Assembly: GCA_031256775.1 (NCBI GenBank)
Contig: JAIRPX010000154.1
Span: 1-19,111, forward strand
Reading direction: 5' to 3'
From: Dysgonamonadaceae bacterium
GTDB taxonomy: Bacteria; Bacteroidota; Bacteroidia; Bacteroidales; Azobacteroidaceae
DNA length: 19,111 nucleotides
Shown here: positions 7,292 to 14,843 of the stretch, piece by piece
Layout: each line of letters starts with the position of its first letter
How positions within the stretch are numbered: position 1 is the stretch's first letter
Notes under the pieces: model-generated
The model's database searches: none
What the model saw: only the letters and a program-made list of their open reading frames with translations
Told to the model about the DNA's origin: nothing
Program-made: the position numbers and the translations under genes

Positions 7292-10200
7292 TTAAAATGT
7301 AATCTGAGCACCAACGGCAATTGTTCTCTTTTGTGGATAGGCGTCCGAAATTTGATCGGGGTCAAAAATAGACGGGATTTCCGTAATTTCAAACAAGTTG
7401 TAACCCGACAGGGTAAAGCGCAGTTTTTCAACATGCAGTCTTTTTATCAGAGAAGCAGGCACAGTATAACCCAATACAGCCTGTTTCATACGCAGATAAG
7501 CTCCGTTGACCAGCCATCCTGTCTGTACGGCAGGTCCTCCGGCGGTAGAGCTATAACGGGGAAACTTCGCGTCGATCTGGTCAGGCTTCCACGAACGTTC
7601 GTACATCCACCGGCTGCCGGCGTTGTTTGTTCCGCCGCCCCAATAAGTGGTGCTGCCGATCCACAGGTCGCGCTTGGCGACGCCCTGGAACAACATGCTG
7701 AGGTCGAAACCTTTCCACGAAGCGCCCAGCGTAAGGCCAAACTTGTAACGCGGCGTATTGTTTCCTATGATGCGCCGGTCACCCGGATCGTCGGCCGTAT
7801 TGGAGCCGGAGTTGATAATTCCGTCGCCGTTCAGGTCTTTCCGCCACGCATCGCCGGGCCAGACATTGCCACCCTGATAAGGACCGTAGAATTTATAGCT
7901 GTTGCCATCGACTATAAGATCTTCCATTTGCAGAATGCCTCCGGTTTCGTATCCCCAGATTTCGCCAACGTTCATACCTTCATAGTAAAGATAATCTCCC
8001 AGCGTTTTTATGGGGTTGGAAGGATAACTCAGCACTTTGGCCATAGCATCCGACAAAACGAGGCCTGCATTGTACTGCAATCCGTTGGCGAGCTTGTCTT
8101 TCCATTCCAGGCTGAGTTCCCATCCTTTTGAGCGAAGCGCCCCGCTATTTTCACGCGGAGCCGAAACGCCCATCAAATTGGGATATGCAACGCTTCCTTC
8201 CACCAGGATATCGGTGGTTTTGCGTTCAAATACGTCTAAAGAAAAGTTCAGGCGGTTTTGAAAGAACCCAGCGTCCAGCCCAATGTTGGTGGTTGCCGCT
8301 TTTTGCCAGGTCAAGGTAGGCGACACAAGGGACGGCGCGTTTACCGTATTGCTCCAGCTTCCGTCAATCCAGTAATTGGAAGCCGATGAGCTCATTGTCG
8401 CCTGATAGGGATAATAAGAATCGGGCTGGCTACCCAATTTACCATACGATCCCCTTATTTTAAGATTTGAAAGCCAATTTTTCGAAAAATCCATAAAACC
8501 TTCTTCCGAGATTCTCCATCCGACAGAGAAAGAGGGGAAGAAAAAGTATCGTCCGTTAGGTGTAAAACGGCTGCTACCGTCGTAGCGACCATTGACTTCA
8601 AATAAATATTTCCCTGCGAAATTATAATTGATCCGGCCGAAAGCTGCTCTTCCGGTGCGTTTTTGCGCCGAAGTTTCTATTGTATTTAAAGTGGGATCTT
8701 CTGTTGCGCTTGGATTTAAAATATTGGGTGAAAGTAAATTACGTAGATTAAGCGCCGACTGATCGTATTCTACGTATTCCTGATTATACCCGACAATAGC
8801 CGAAAGCGTATGTTTTTCCTTGAATGTTTTGTTGAAATCGGCATACACATTGATCTGGTAATTGTCGGTAACGTCTTTTTCAAATCTTCCCCTGTTTTCC
8901 TTGTATTCCTGTTGCTCGCTTACGGGCGTCCATGTATAGGTGAGATAGTAATGCGAAGGATCGACGCGCCTCAATGTACGTCCTTGCGGCGAATAGGAAA
9001 GATCTGCCTTGAGCTTCAGGATTTTCGGGATAACGATAAATTCCGGCGACACGGCCAAAACCGTAGTCCACCGCTTGGTTACCGTCCGGTTGCCGTAATT
9101 CAGCCATGCAAGATAATTATCCGTCCACTGCTCGCCGCTCGGATCGGTCTGCAAAGTCTTTATGGGCATATTGATATTCTTGTCGGCGTCCTGTTTCAAT
9201 ATCGACCAGATAGTACCCTTATAACTCGGCACGTAAGGTTCTTCGTAGCTGTAACGGTTATAATTGACTTTTGTTTCCACATTAAACCAATCGGTTACTT
9301 TTGCATTAAAGCGGGTAGCGATGTTGTAGCGGTTGTATTGGTCTTCGCCGATTTTATACATGCCGTCTTGCGTCATGTAACCCAGCGAAAGATGATAGGC
9401 GATTTTATCCGATCCTCCCGACAGGCTCACGTTATGCTTTTGTGTAGGCGCGTAGTCGCGAACCACTTCTTTGTAAGGATTCATATTTCCAACCCATACG
9501 ATTGAGTTTCCGTTCATTATATACCGGTTTTCCGGATTGGTTGGATCTGCCATGTATTTTTCGATCGCTTCCATCTTTCTCTTGTCCAAATCGCTTGGCT
9601 GATTGTTGACAGAGGTCCACTGGGTATTTTGCATCACGAAGCGTTGAATTTCATAAGCGTTCATAATGTCGGGGAGGGCGGAGGGCTTGTCATACGAAAG
9701 ATCATAATTGTAGCTGATTTTTCCCTTTTGGTTGAATTTACCCGCTTTGGTTGTAATCAACACGACTCCCCATGTTGCTTTTGTTCCGTAAATGGCCGAA
9801 GCTGAAGCATCCTTAATTACACTCATGCTTTCAACATCGTTCGGATTCATCTGGTTCAGCAATGTGGAGGTCATTTCCACTCCATCCACTAAAATTAACG
9901 GTTCGCCGTTTTTAAGTTCCCATCTGGAGTCTGTCGTATTGTAGTCGATAGAGGTAGTTCCACGAATATTAAAACTGGGTACCGTGTTGGGCTTCCCGTC
10001 GCTCATGGAAATATTCAGGTTAGGAACAACGCCTTGTAAGGCTTGGCCGATATTGGCCACGGGGCGGTTTTCAAATGTTTCGGATCCAACAGAGGAAACG
10101 GCTCCGGTCAGGTTTACTTTTTTTTGTGTCTGGAAGCCAACGACCACCACATCGTCCAATAATTTTGAATCTTCCGCAAGTTTTACGTTAATTGTTGTTT

Positions 10201-10495
10201 GCGTTCCCGCTTTGTACTCTTGCGTAGCATATCCGATATACGAAAATACCAGAACAGTGTTTGGACCGTCGGCAGTGATACTGTATTTACCGTCAATATC
10301 GCTTACCGTTCCTTTTGTTGTGTTTTTAAGAGTAACACTGACTCCTACGAGAGGTTCGCTGCTCATGTCTGTTACTGTTCCTGTAATTGTATTCTGCGCC
10401 CTGCAAAGGCAACAGACACAAAAACCGAAAAAGAGTAACAGAAAGATTTTGCATTTGAATCTTTTTCTAAAATTTTCGATAGTACAATGTTTCAT
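7292..10495 (-). CDS. susC: SusC/RagA-family TonB-dependent outer membrane transporter
   Basis: The ORF-track start at 10501 is a TTG. The first in-frame ATG is at 10495 (MKHCTIENFRKRFKCKIFLLLFFGFCVCCLCRAQ signal), so the protein is ~1067 aa. A carboxypeptidase-regulatory-like N-domain (NTITGTVTDMSSEPLVGVSVTLKNTTKGTVSDIDGKYSI) is followed by a TonB-box region (DDVVVVGFQTQ), a plug and a long beta-barrel ending in the aromatic C-terminus AQITF. There is no STN/N-terminal signalling extension. Confidence 0.9.
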   Translation of the reverse strand: MKHCTIENFRKRFKCKIFLLLFFGFCVCCLCRAQNTITGTVTDMSSEPLVGVSVTLKNTTKGTVSDIDGKYSITADGPNTVLVFSYIGYATQEYKAGTQTTINVKLAEDSKLLDDVVVVGFQTQKKVNLTGAVSSVGSETFENRPVANIGQALQGVVPNLNISMSDGKPNTVPSFNIRGTTSIDYNTTDSRWELKNGEPLILVDGVEMTSTLLNQMNPNDVESMSVIKDASASAIYGTKATWGVVLITTKAGKFNQKGKISYNYDLSYDKPSALPDIMNAYEIQRFVMQNTQWTSVNNQPSDLDKRKMEAIEKYMADPTNPENRYIMNGNSIVWVGNMNPYKEVVRDYAPTQKHNVSLSGGSDKIAYHLSLGYMTQDGMYKIGEDQYNRYNIATRFNAKVTDWFNVETKVNYNRYSYEEPYVPSYKGTIWSILKQDADKNINMPIKTLQTDPSGEQWTDNYLAWLNYGNRTVTKRWTTVLAVSPEFIVIPKILKLKADLSYSPQGRTLRRVDPSHYYLTYTWTPVSEQQEYKENRGRFEKDVTDNYQINVYADFNKTFKEKHTLSAIVGYNQEYVEYDQSALNLRNLLSPNILNPSATEDPTLNTIETSAQKRTGRAAFGRINYNFAGKYLFEVNGRYDGSSRFTPNGRYFFFPSFSVGWRISEEGFMDFSKNWLSNLKIRGSYGKLGSQPDSYYPYQATMSSSASNYWIDGSWSNTVNAPSLVSPTLTWQKAATTNIGLDAGFFQNRLNFSLDVFERKTTDILVEGSVAYPNLMGVSAPRENSGALRSKGWELSLEWKDKLANGLQYNAGLVLSDAMAKVLSYPSNPIKTLGDYLYYEGMNVGEIWGYETGGILQMEDLIVDGNSYKFYGPYQGGNVWPGDAWRKDLNGDGIINSGSNTADDPGDRRIIGNNTPRYKFGLTLGASWKGFDLSMLFQGVAKRDLWIGSTTYWGGGTNNAGSRWMYERSWKPDQIDAKFPRYSSTAGGPAVQTGWLVNGAYLRMKQAVLGYTVPASLIKRLHVEKLRFTLSGYNLFEITEIPSIFDPDQISDAYPQKRTIAVGAQITF

Positions 10496-10506
10496 AAACA
10501 ATAGAT

Positions 10507-11649
10507 TTAAAATTTATAATATGATTGATAAATTTCACTTCCTGCCAGCAAGAATGCGCCCACGCCGTAAGCAGCAGTCATATTTGCCGTCACTTTTTTA
10601 GGATCTGCACCGACAGGCTGCACCCATCCGAGTTTCCCGTTTTTATCTATGGCAGAAACCAGAGCTGTCCACGATTTTTTCACGACAGGTGTATATTTTT
10701 TTTTATCCAGCAAGTCCTTGTTGACACCGTAAGCCAATGCGTAGGTAATAAGCGCCGTAGCGCTGGTTTCAGGTGCCGGGTAGCTCGCAGGATCCAGCAG
10801 GCTTGCATGCCAAAAACCATCTTTATCCTGCAATGCCGCCAATTGCGAAACAAACTCTTTGAACAGATTTTCGTAAAAAGGCCGGTACTCTGAGTTTTCA
10901 GGAAGCAGTTTCAAAATATTTACTAATCCTGCGGCCACCCAGCCGTTGCCTCTTCCCCAAAAGACTTTTTCCCCATTCGCTTCTTTTTTGTTAAAATAGC
11001 TGCTATCTCTAAAGAACAGTTTCTTTTTTCGGTCATATAAAAAATTATATGTTCTTTTAAATTCTCTGTCCATAAATTGAAGATATTCGTCGTTTCCTTC
11101 GATTTTTGTCAGATGTGCATAAACAGGGGGAGCCATGAACAAAGCGTCGCACCATGTCCATGATTGTTTGTTGGATATGCTCATTGCGGAATCGGGGGGA
11201 TTACTGATGATCCAGTCTGCTCTTTCCTTTGTGGAACAGAGCATTTTATTCTCTTTGTAGAGATTGAACATATTCAGGTAAAATTGTCCGATACAGAGTT
11301 CGTCGGCATGATAGAGTCCGTATATAGGGTATTTAAGAAAATTGGCGGGAATATTCCAGTTACTTGTTAAACCGATGTTTTCCAGCCACTGAAAACAGGA
11401 TGAATCGTCGGCTATTTTTGCCCATTCAAACATTCCCAAGTATAAAACGGCATTTGTCCATGAATCTATTCCATAATCATGCAGATTATCGGTTGTAGAG
11501 TACTTGAAGTTGTCGATTTGCCAGTCGGCGACTTTTTTCATTGAAGATTTTATATCCGGTAACTTTAATGCCGACCTGCTCCAACAGGGAAAAACAGATA
11601 TTATTCCCCAGAAAAGCAAAAAAATGACAATGTTCTTGTGTCTTTTCAT
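10507..11649 (-). CDS. Glyco_hydro_88-superfamily (GH88/GH105) unsaturated glucuronyl / rhamnogalacturonyl hydrolase-like enzyme with a signal peptide; first gene of the locus
   Basis: The 380-aa ORF starts with ATG and has an N-terminal signal (MKRHKNIVIFLLFWGIISVFPCWS). It shows (alpha/alpha)6-type motifs shared by the UGL/YteR families (DSWTNAVLYLGMFEW, YHADELCIGQFYL, WTWCDALFMAPPVYAHL, GRGNGWVAAGL). Its stop codon lies 11 nt before the SusC ATG. Confidence 0.65.
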   Translation of the reverse strand: MKRHKNIVIFLLFWGIISVFPCWSRSALKLPDIKSSMKKVADWQIDNFKYSTTDNLHDYGIDSWTNAVLYLGMFEWAKIADDSSCFQWLENIGLTSNWNIPANFLKYPIYGLYHADELCIGQFYLNMFNLYKENKMLCSTKERADWIISNPPDSAMSISNKQSWTWCDALFMAPPVYAHLTKIEGNDEYLQFMDREFKRTYNFLYDRKKKLFFRDSSYFNKKEANGEKVFWGRGNGWVAAGLVNILKLLPENSEYRPFYENLFKEFVSQLAALQDKDGFWHASLLDPASYPAPETSATALITYALAYGVNKDLLDKKKYTPVVKKSWTALVSAIDKNGKLGWVQPVGADPKKVTANMTAAYGVGAFLLAGSEIYQSYYKF

Positions 11650-11687
11650 ATAGTATATTTTGTTTTTTTTAAGTTTTTAAGGTGCAA

Positions 11688-11695
11688 CAAAAATA
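11688..11695 (-). promoter_or_regulatory. Candidate Bacteroides-type -7 promoter element (TAnnTTTG) for the GH88/105-susC-susD-lipoprotein-M60-GH2 operon
   Basis: The reverse complement of caaaaata (11688-11695) is TATTTTTG, matching TAnnTTTG. It lies ~39 nt upstream of the ATG at 11649. No well-spaced -33 TTTG was found. Confidence 0.35.
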
Positions 11696-11700
11696 TGTAT

Positions 11701-11767
11701 TTTGGTTTTCAAGTTAATATTTTTTGCATTGCTATTATTGCCTTATTTTTTGCTGTAATTGCCAAAT
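11701..11767. repeat. Copy 1 of a ~67-bp near-perfect direct repeat in the locus upstream region
   Basis: Copy 1 reads tttggttttcaagttaatattttttgcattgctattattgccttattttttgctgtaattgccaaat. It differs from the copy at 11821-11887 at only ~2-3 positions. Each copy contains two internal ATTTTTTGC(N)ATTGC sub-motifs. Confidence 0.85.
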
Positions 11768-11820
11768 AGCTAATATTCAGTATGTTATATAGTGTATGAA
11801 TTGCAAAAAAAAGTATAAGG

Positions 11821-11887
11821 TTCGGTTTTCAAGTTAATATTTTTTGCATTGCTATTATTGCTTTATTTTTTGCTGTAATTGCCAAAT
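11821..11887. repeat. Copy 2 of the ~67-bp direct repeat, 120-bp period, separated from copy 1 by a 53-bp spacer
   Basis: Copy 2 reads ttcggttttcaagttaatattttttgcattgctattattgctttattttttgctgtaattgccaaat. The flanks diverge immediately outside the repeat. Confidence 0.85.
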
Positions 11888-12197
11888 GGTTGTGGTATAG
11901 ATAATTGTGATATGATATTATGAAGAAGAAAAGCTGTCTCAACTCAGTTATTAAACAAATCTTTGTCACCAAAATAGTTACATCAAGAAATCGTATGTTT
12001 TGAAAAACCGGACAAATCGTGTATATATCTTATGGTATAGCTTCCTTAAATGGCGACAACATCCAAACTTTTCACTATTCTGTTTATTGAAAAGAAGGTG
12101 TTCAAAAACCATTTGTTTTTCAAATCAACCGTAACCTTTAATGTTTACTGCAATAAGCTTGTACTTTACTACTTGGTCTCGGCTTTCGACTTTCATC

Positions 12198-12218
12198 AAA
12201 AAGCGTTTTCTAAACGCC
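12198..12218 (-). terminator. Candidate rho-independent terminator for the NfeD-flotillin operon
   Basis: On the minus strand the sequence reads GGCGTTTagaAAACGC followed by TTTTTG. This is a 6-7 bp stem with a 3-nt loop and a U5 tract. It lies ~185 nt downstream of the flotillin stop at 12402. Confidence 0.3.
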
Positions 12219-12401
12219 ATCTTTCGAATGTAAAGGGGTGATGAAAGGCAATCCAATGGCAAAACAAAACGATTGTTTATTAATAAAAGTGCTATTTTTT
12301 AGGGAAGAATTTGGATATGAATTTAAGAAAGTTTTCACAAAGGAGCAAAAGTGCAACGTATTCATCGTCCATCTTTACTCCTTTGTGGAATAAGGCAAAA
12401 C

Positions 12402-13976
12402 TTACGCGAGATTATTATTGTCCGAATGTTTTCCTTTCAATGTGTTAGGGATTCCGGGAATGGTTTTCATGATATCAGTAACAGGAGCGATGGACGATAT
12501 CAAACCGGTAAGCAGGTTTGTCAAAGTACCTCCTTGAGTGGTATCCATGACATTGACATTACCTAAATTGATGTGTTCAAAAGCTTTCACTTGTTCGGCG
12601 GCGATATCTTTCCATTGATCGACCATTTTCCATTGGATTGCTACTTGCGGATTGTTTTCTGCCACTCTCACCATAGCTTCAAACCCTTCGGCTTGCGCCA
12701 ATAACGATGCTTTTTCGGCGGCGGCTTTTGCCAGTCCTTGTTGTTCGATCACTTTTGCGTGAGCCAATCCTTCGGCGGTAATAGCTTCGCCTTTTCCTTT
12801 ACCTTCGACAGCAACGGCGTCTGCGCGTCCTTGCGCTTCTATACGTTGTTTATTTGCGTTTGCTTCTGCTTCTTTTTCCAATTTCAATTGGTAGGCTTGG
12901 GCGTCGATCAATTTTTGTTGTTTGGCTATTTCTGCCGGAACAATTTGCTCTGCTTTCAAGGCGGCTTCTGTTCGTTTGGCTCTTGCTTCTTCGGCTTCTT
13001 TACGCGCTAATTCTTTGTTTTTTTCTATTTCGGCTTTAGCTCTTTCGTCAGCTGATAAGGCCAAACTTTGCGATTCGGCTTTAATTACTTCCAGTTCGGC
13101 ATTGGAGACTGTTATTTTTTTAGTTGCTTCGATTTCTCCGACACGGGCTTCGGAATCATATTTTGCAATATTGATATCCCTGTTTTTTTTAGCTTCAGCT
13201 ACGCGGGAATCACGTTCGGATTCGGCCTGGGCAACCGAAATACTCTGATCTCTTTGAGCGTTGGCGATAGCAATTAGCTCTTCTTTTTTTGTTGCGGCCA
13301 CTGTTGCATTTTTAATTTTCATCTGTTCGGCTACTTGGGTTTCTCCTTCGCGTTCGGCTGTCGAAATTTCCACATTAGCCTGATTGATCGCTTTGGCCTG
13401 GTCCTTTTTACCCAAAGCGACAATATATCCGGCTTCATCGCGGATATCAGTTATGTTAATGTTAATTAAATGCAACCCTATTTTGCGCAATTCGGTATCA
13501 ATAAGGCCTTTTGCTTTAAGTAAAAATTCATCTCTGTCAGCGTTTAGCTTTTCAATAGTCATATCGGCAATAATAGTTCTCATTTGACCGTAAACGATAT
13601 CTTTGACCAAGTCTTCAATTTCACCCCGTCCTAAGCCCAGAATGCGCTCTGCTGCTGCCTGCATCACATCCTGTTCGGTGCTGATACCTACGGTAACGGT
13701 GGTTGGTACATCCACTCTGATGTTTTGTGAAGACAACGCTTTTTGCAGGTTGCATTCAAACTGCAAAGGTTTCAACGACATGTAAGCATATCCCTGTAAG
13801 ACGGGAATAACAAACGCCGCTCCGCCCTGAATGCACTTGGATGATTTATTACCTCCTGTTTTACCATAGATTACCAAGATTTCATCCGATTTGCATTTTC
13901 TGAATCGGGATAAAATACCGATAAGCGAAAATACAATAAGCAAAACCAATACTCCAATAAAAATAATTAAATTCAT
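12402..13976 (-). CDS. Flotillin-family membrane protein (SPFH/band-7 domain; FloT/YqiK-like)
   Basis: The 524-aa ORF starts with ATG and has an N-terminal TM helix (MNLIIFIGVLVLLIVFSLIGIL). An SPFH domain (ILVIYGKTGG...GGAAFVIPVLQ...) is followed by a long Ala/Glu/Lys/Gln-rich coiled-coil region (EAEEARAKRTEAALKAEQ...) typical of the flotillin domain. A compositionally simple tail follows. Confidence 0.9.
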   Translation of the reverse strand: MNLIIFIGVLVLLIVFSLIGILSRFRKCKSDEILVIYGKTGGNKSSKCIQGGAAFVIPVLQGYAYMSLKPLQFECNLQKALSSQNIRVDVPTTVTVGISTEQDVMQAAAERILGLGRGEIEDLVKDIVYGQMRTIIADMTIEKLNADRDEFLLKAKGLIDTELRKIGLHLININITDIRDEAGYIVALGKKDQAKAINQANVEISTAEREGETQVAEQMKIKNATVAATKKEELIAIANAQRDQSISVAQAESERDSRVAEAKKNRDINIAKYDSEARVGEIEATKKITVSNAELEVIKAESQSLALSADERAKAEIEKNKELARKEAEEARAKRTEAALKAEQIVPAEIAKQQKLIDAQAYQLKLEKEAEANANKQRIEAQGRADAVAVEGKGKGEAITAEGLAHAKVIEQQGLAKAAAEKASLLAQAEGFEAMVRVAENNPQVAIQWKMVDQWKDIAAEQVKAFEHINLGNVNVMDTTQGGTLTNLLTGLISSIAPVTDIMKTIPGIPNTLKGKHSDNNNLA

Positions 13977-13995
13977 AATTTATAGTATAAAGTAA

Positions 13996-14502
13996 TTAAA
14001 TAATAAAATCAATCGGATAAACCAATTGGCGTGTACCGGACACTTTTATTTTTTGTCCCTTTTCGAAATGAATTTCTTCAGGACACTCTAAAGTAATAGT
14101 TACCGGCCTGCCTTCCAGAGTGACAAATACTTCTCCTACTTTTCGCTTATCGTCCCAAAAATATACTTCAGCTTCCATCTCTTTTATTTCATGAGTATAT
14201 TTCATATTTTGTTGCAATTTGTCATAGACCCATTTATACAAGAAGTATAATACAACGACAAAAATGATACCCACAAAGACTCCCATTGTGGTCGAAAAAA
14301 AAGTAACTTCGTGCATTAGAGTTAATTCAAGCGAAAAACCAATAGTAAAATGCAGCAGACCTTTGAAAGAAAGAATATCGCCCCACAGAAATCCACTATC
14401 CATATCCGAATCTATATCGAAATTGCCGAAAAACAGAGATCCTATAGCGTTGATAATAAACAAAATCCCTGATACAATCAAGACTATCTCATACCATGTC
14501 AT
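13996..14502 (-). CDS. NfeD-like short membrane protein (YuaF/YqiJ-type partner of flotillin)
   Basis: The 168-aa ORF starts with ATG and has N-terminal TM helices. Its C-terminus is OB-fold-like (GEVFVTLEGRPVTITLECPEEIHFEKGQKIKVSGTRQLV). It lies 19 bp upstream of the flotillin gene, the conserved nfeD-floT arrangement. Confidence 0.7.
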   Translation of the reverse strand: MTWYEIVLIVSGILFIINAIGSLFFGNFDIDSDMDSGFLWGDILSFKGLLHFTIGFSLELTLMHEVTFFSTTMGVFVGIIFVVVLYFLYKWVYDKLQQNMKYTHEIKEMEAEVYFWDDKRKVGEVFVTLEGRPVTITLECPEEIHFEKGQKIKVSGTRQLVYPIDFII

Positions 14503-14552
14503 AATTTTATGCTTTAATTGTTATCAATCCTTTTATATATTTTAATCATTGC

Positions 14553-14560
14553 CAAAGATA
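14553..14560 (-). promoter_or_regulatory. Candidate -7 box (TATCTTTG) for the nfeD-flotillin operon
   Basis: The reverse complement of caaagata (14553-14560) is TATCTTTG, matching TAnnTTTG. It lies ~50 nt upstream of the NfeD ATG. A TTTG exists upstream (complement of 14575-14578), but with a suboptimal 14-nt spacing. Confidence 0.25.
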
Positions 14561-14660
14561 ATGAATTTAAAAATCAAAAAAAAGTTAATACCATGTTTTT
14601 TCTCCCAAAATCTTATTTTTTTTGCAAGAATATTGGCTGATAAAACGCTTCTTAATTTTC

Positions 14661-14712
14661 TTCAAAAAATTAGCCATCCTGACAAGAAACGGTTTCCTTT
14701 TCAGAATGGCTA
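14661..14712 (-). terminator. Candidate terminator for the peptidase-surE-lpxB operon: a long imperfect hairpin followed by a T-run on the minus strand
   Basis: tagccat (14671-14677) pairs with atggcta (14706-14712), and inner pairing ctgacaag/cttttcag and gaaa/tttc extends the stem. On the minus strand the hairpin is followed by ATTTTTTGAA (complement of 14661-14670). It lies ~130 nt downstream of the lpxB stop. Confidence 0.3.
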
Positions 14713-14843
14713 TAAAATAAACTATTATGAAAACAGGCAAAAGTAAAGTATTTTTCTTGAACAACCAAATAATTATTATCTTTTCGTGAAAATTATTTTT
14801 ACCGGTACAATATTTCGACTGTTTTCTCTTTGTGGTATTTCCG

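Noticed and set aside
7331-8131. Plus-strand ORFs of 205-266 aa (7331-8131, 8810-9505, 9984-10601, 5508-6173, 6492-7109, 2261-2737 and others) antisense to the susC, susD and M60 genes
   Set aside because: They lie entirely inside strongly supported minus-strand genes. Their translations are low-complexity and Arg/Cys/Phe-rich with no recognisable domains. They are typical shadow ORFs of GC-balanced coding DNA.
11701-11887. Possibility that the two 67-bp direct repeats are a CRISPR array or a mobile-element terminal repeat
   Set aside because: There are only two copies. The repeat is long (67 bp) and AT-rich with a 53-bp spacer, unlike CRISPR geometry. No cas genes, transposase or integrase is nearby. 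The copies are direct rather than inverted, which also argues against a Bacteroides invertible-promoter switch.
12050-12241. 63-aa plus-strand ORF in the PUL upstream region, and 65-aa ORF 14549-14746 in the lpxB/nfeD intergenic region
   Set aside because: Both are oriented opposite to every other gene. Both are F/K/L-rich low-complexity translations of AT-rich DNA. Both overlap the predicted terminator hairpins (12198-12218 and 14671-14712). They are treated as non-coding.
12738-13587. Several 60-108 aa plus-strand ORFs inside the flotillin gene
   Set aside because: They are artefacts of the repetitive Ala/Glu/Lys coiled-coil coding region, read antisense as Phe/Leu/Ser-rich nonsense. The flotillin reading frame is unambiguous.
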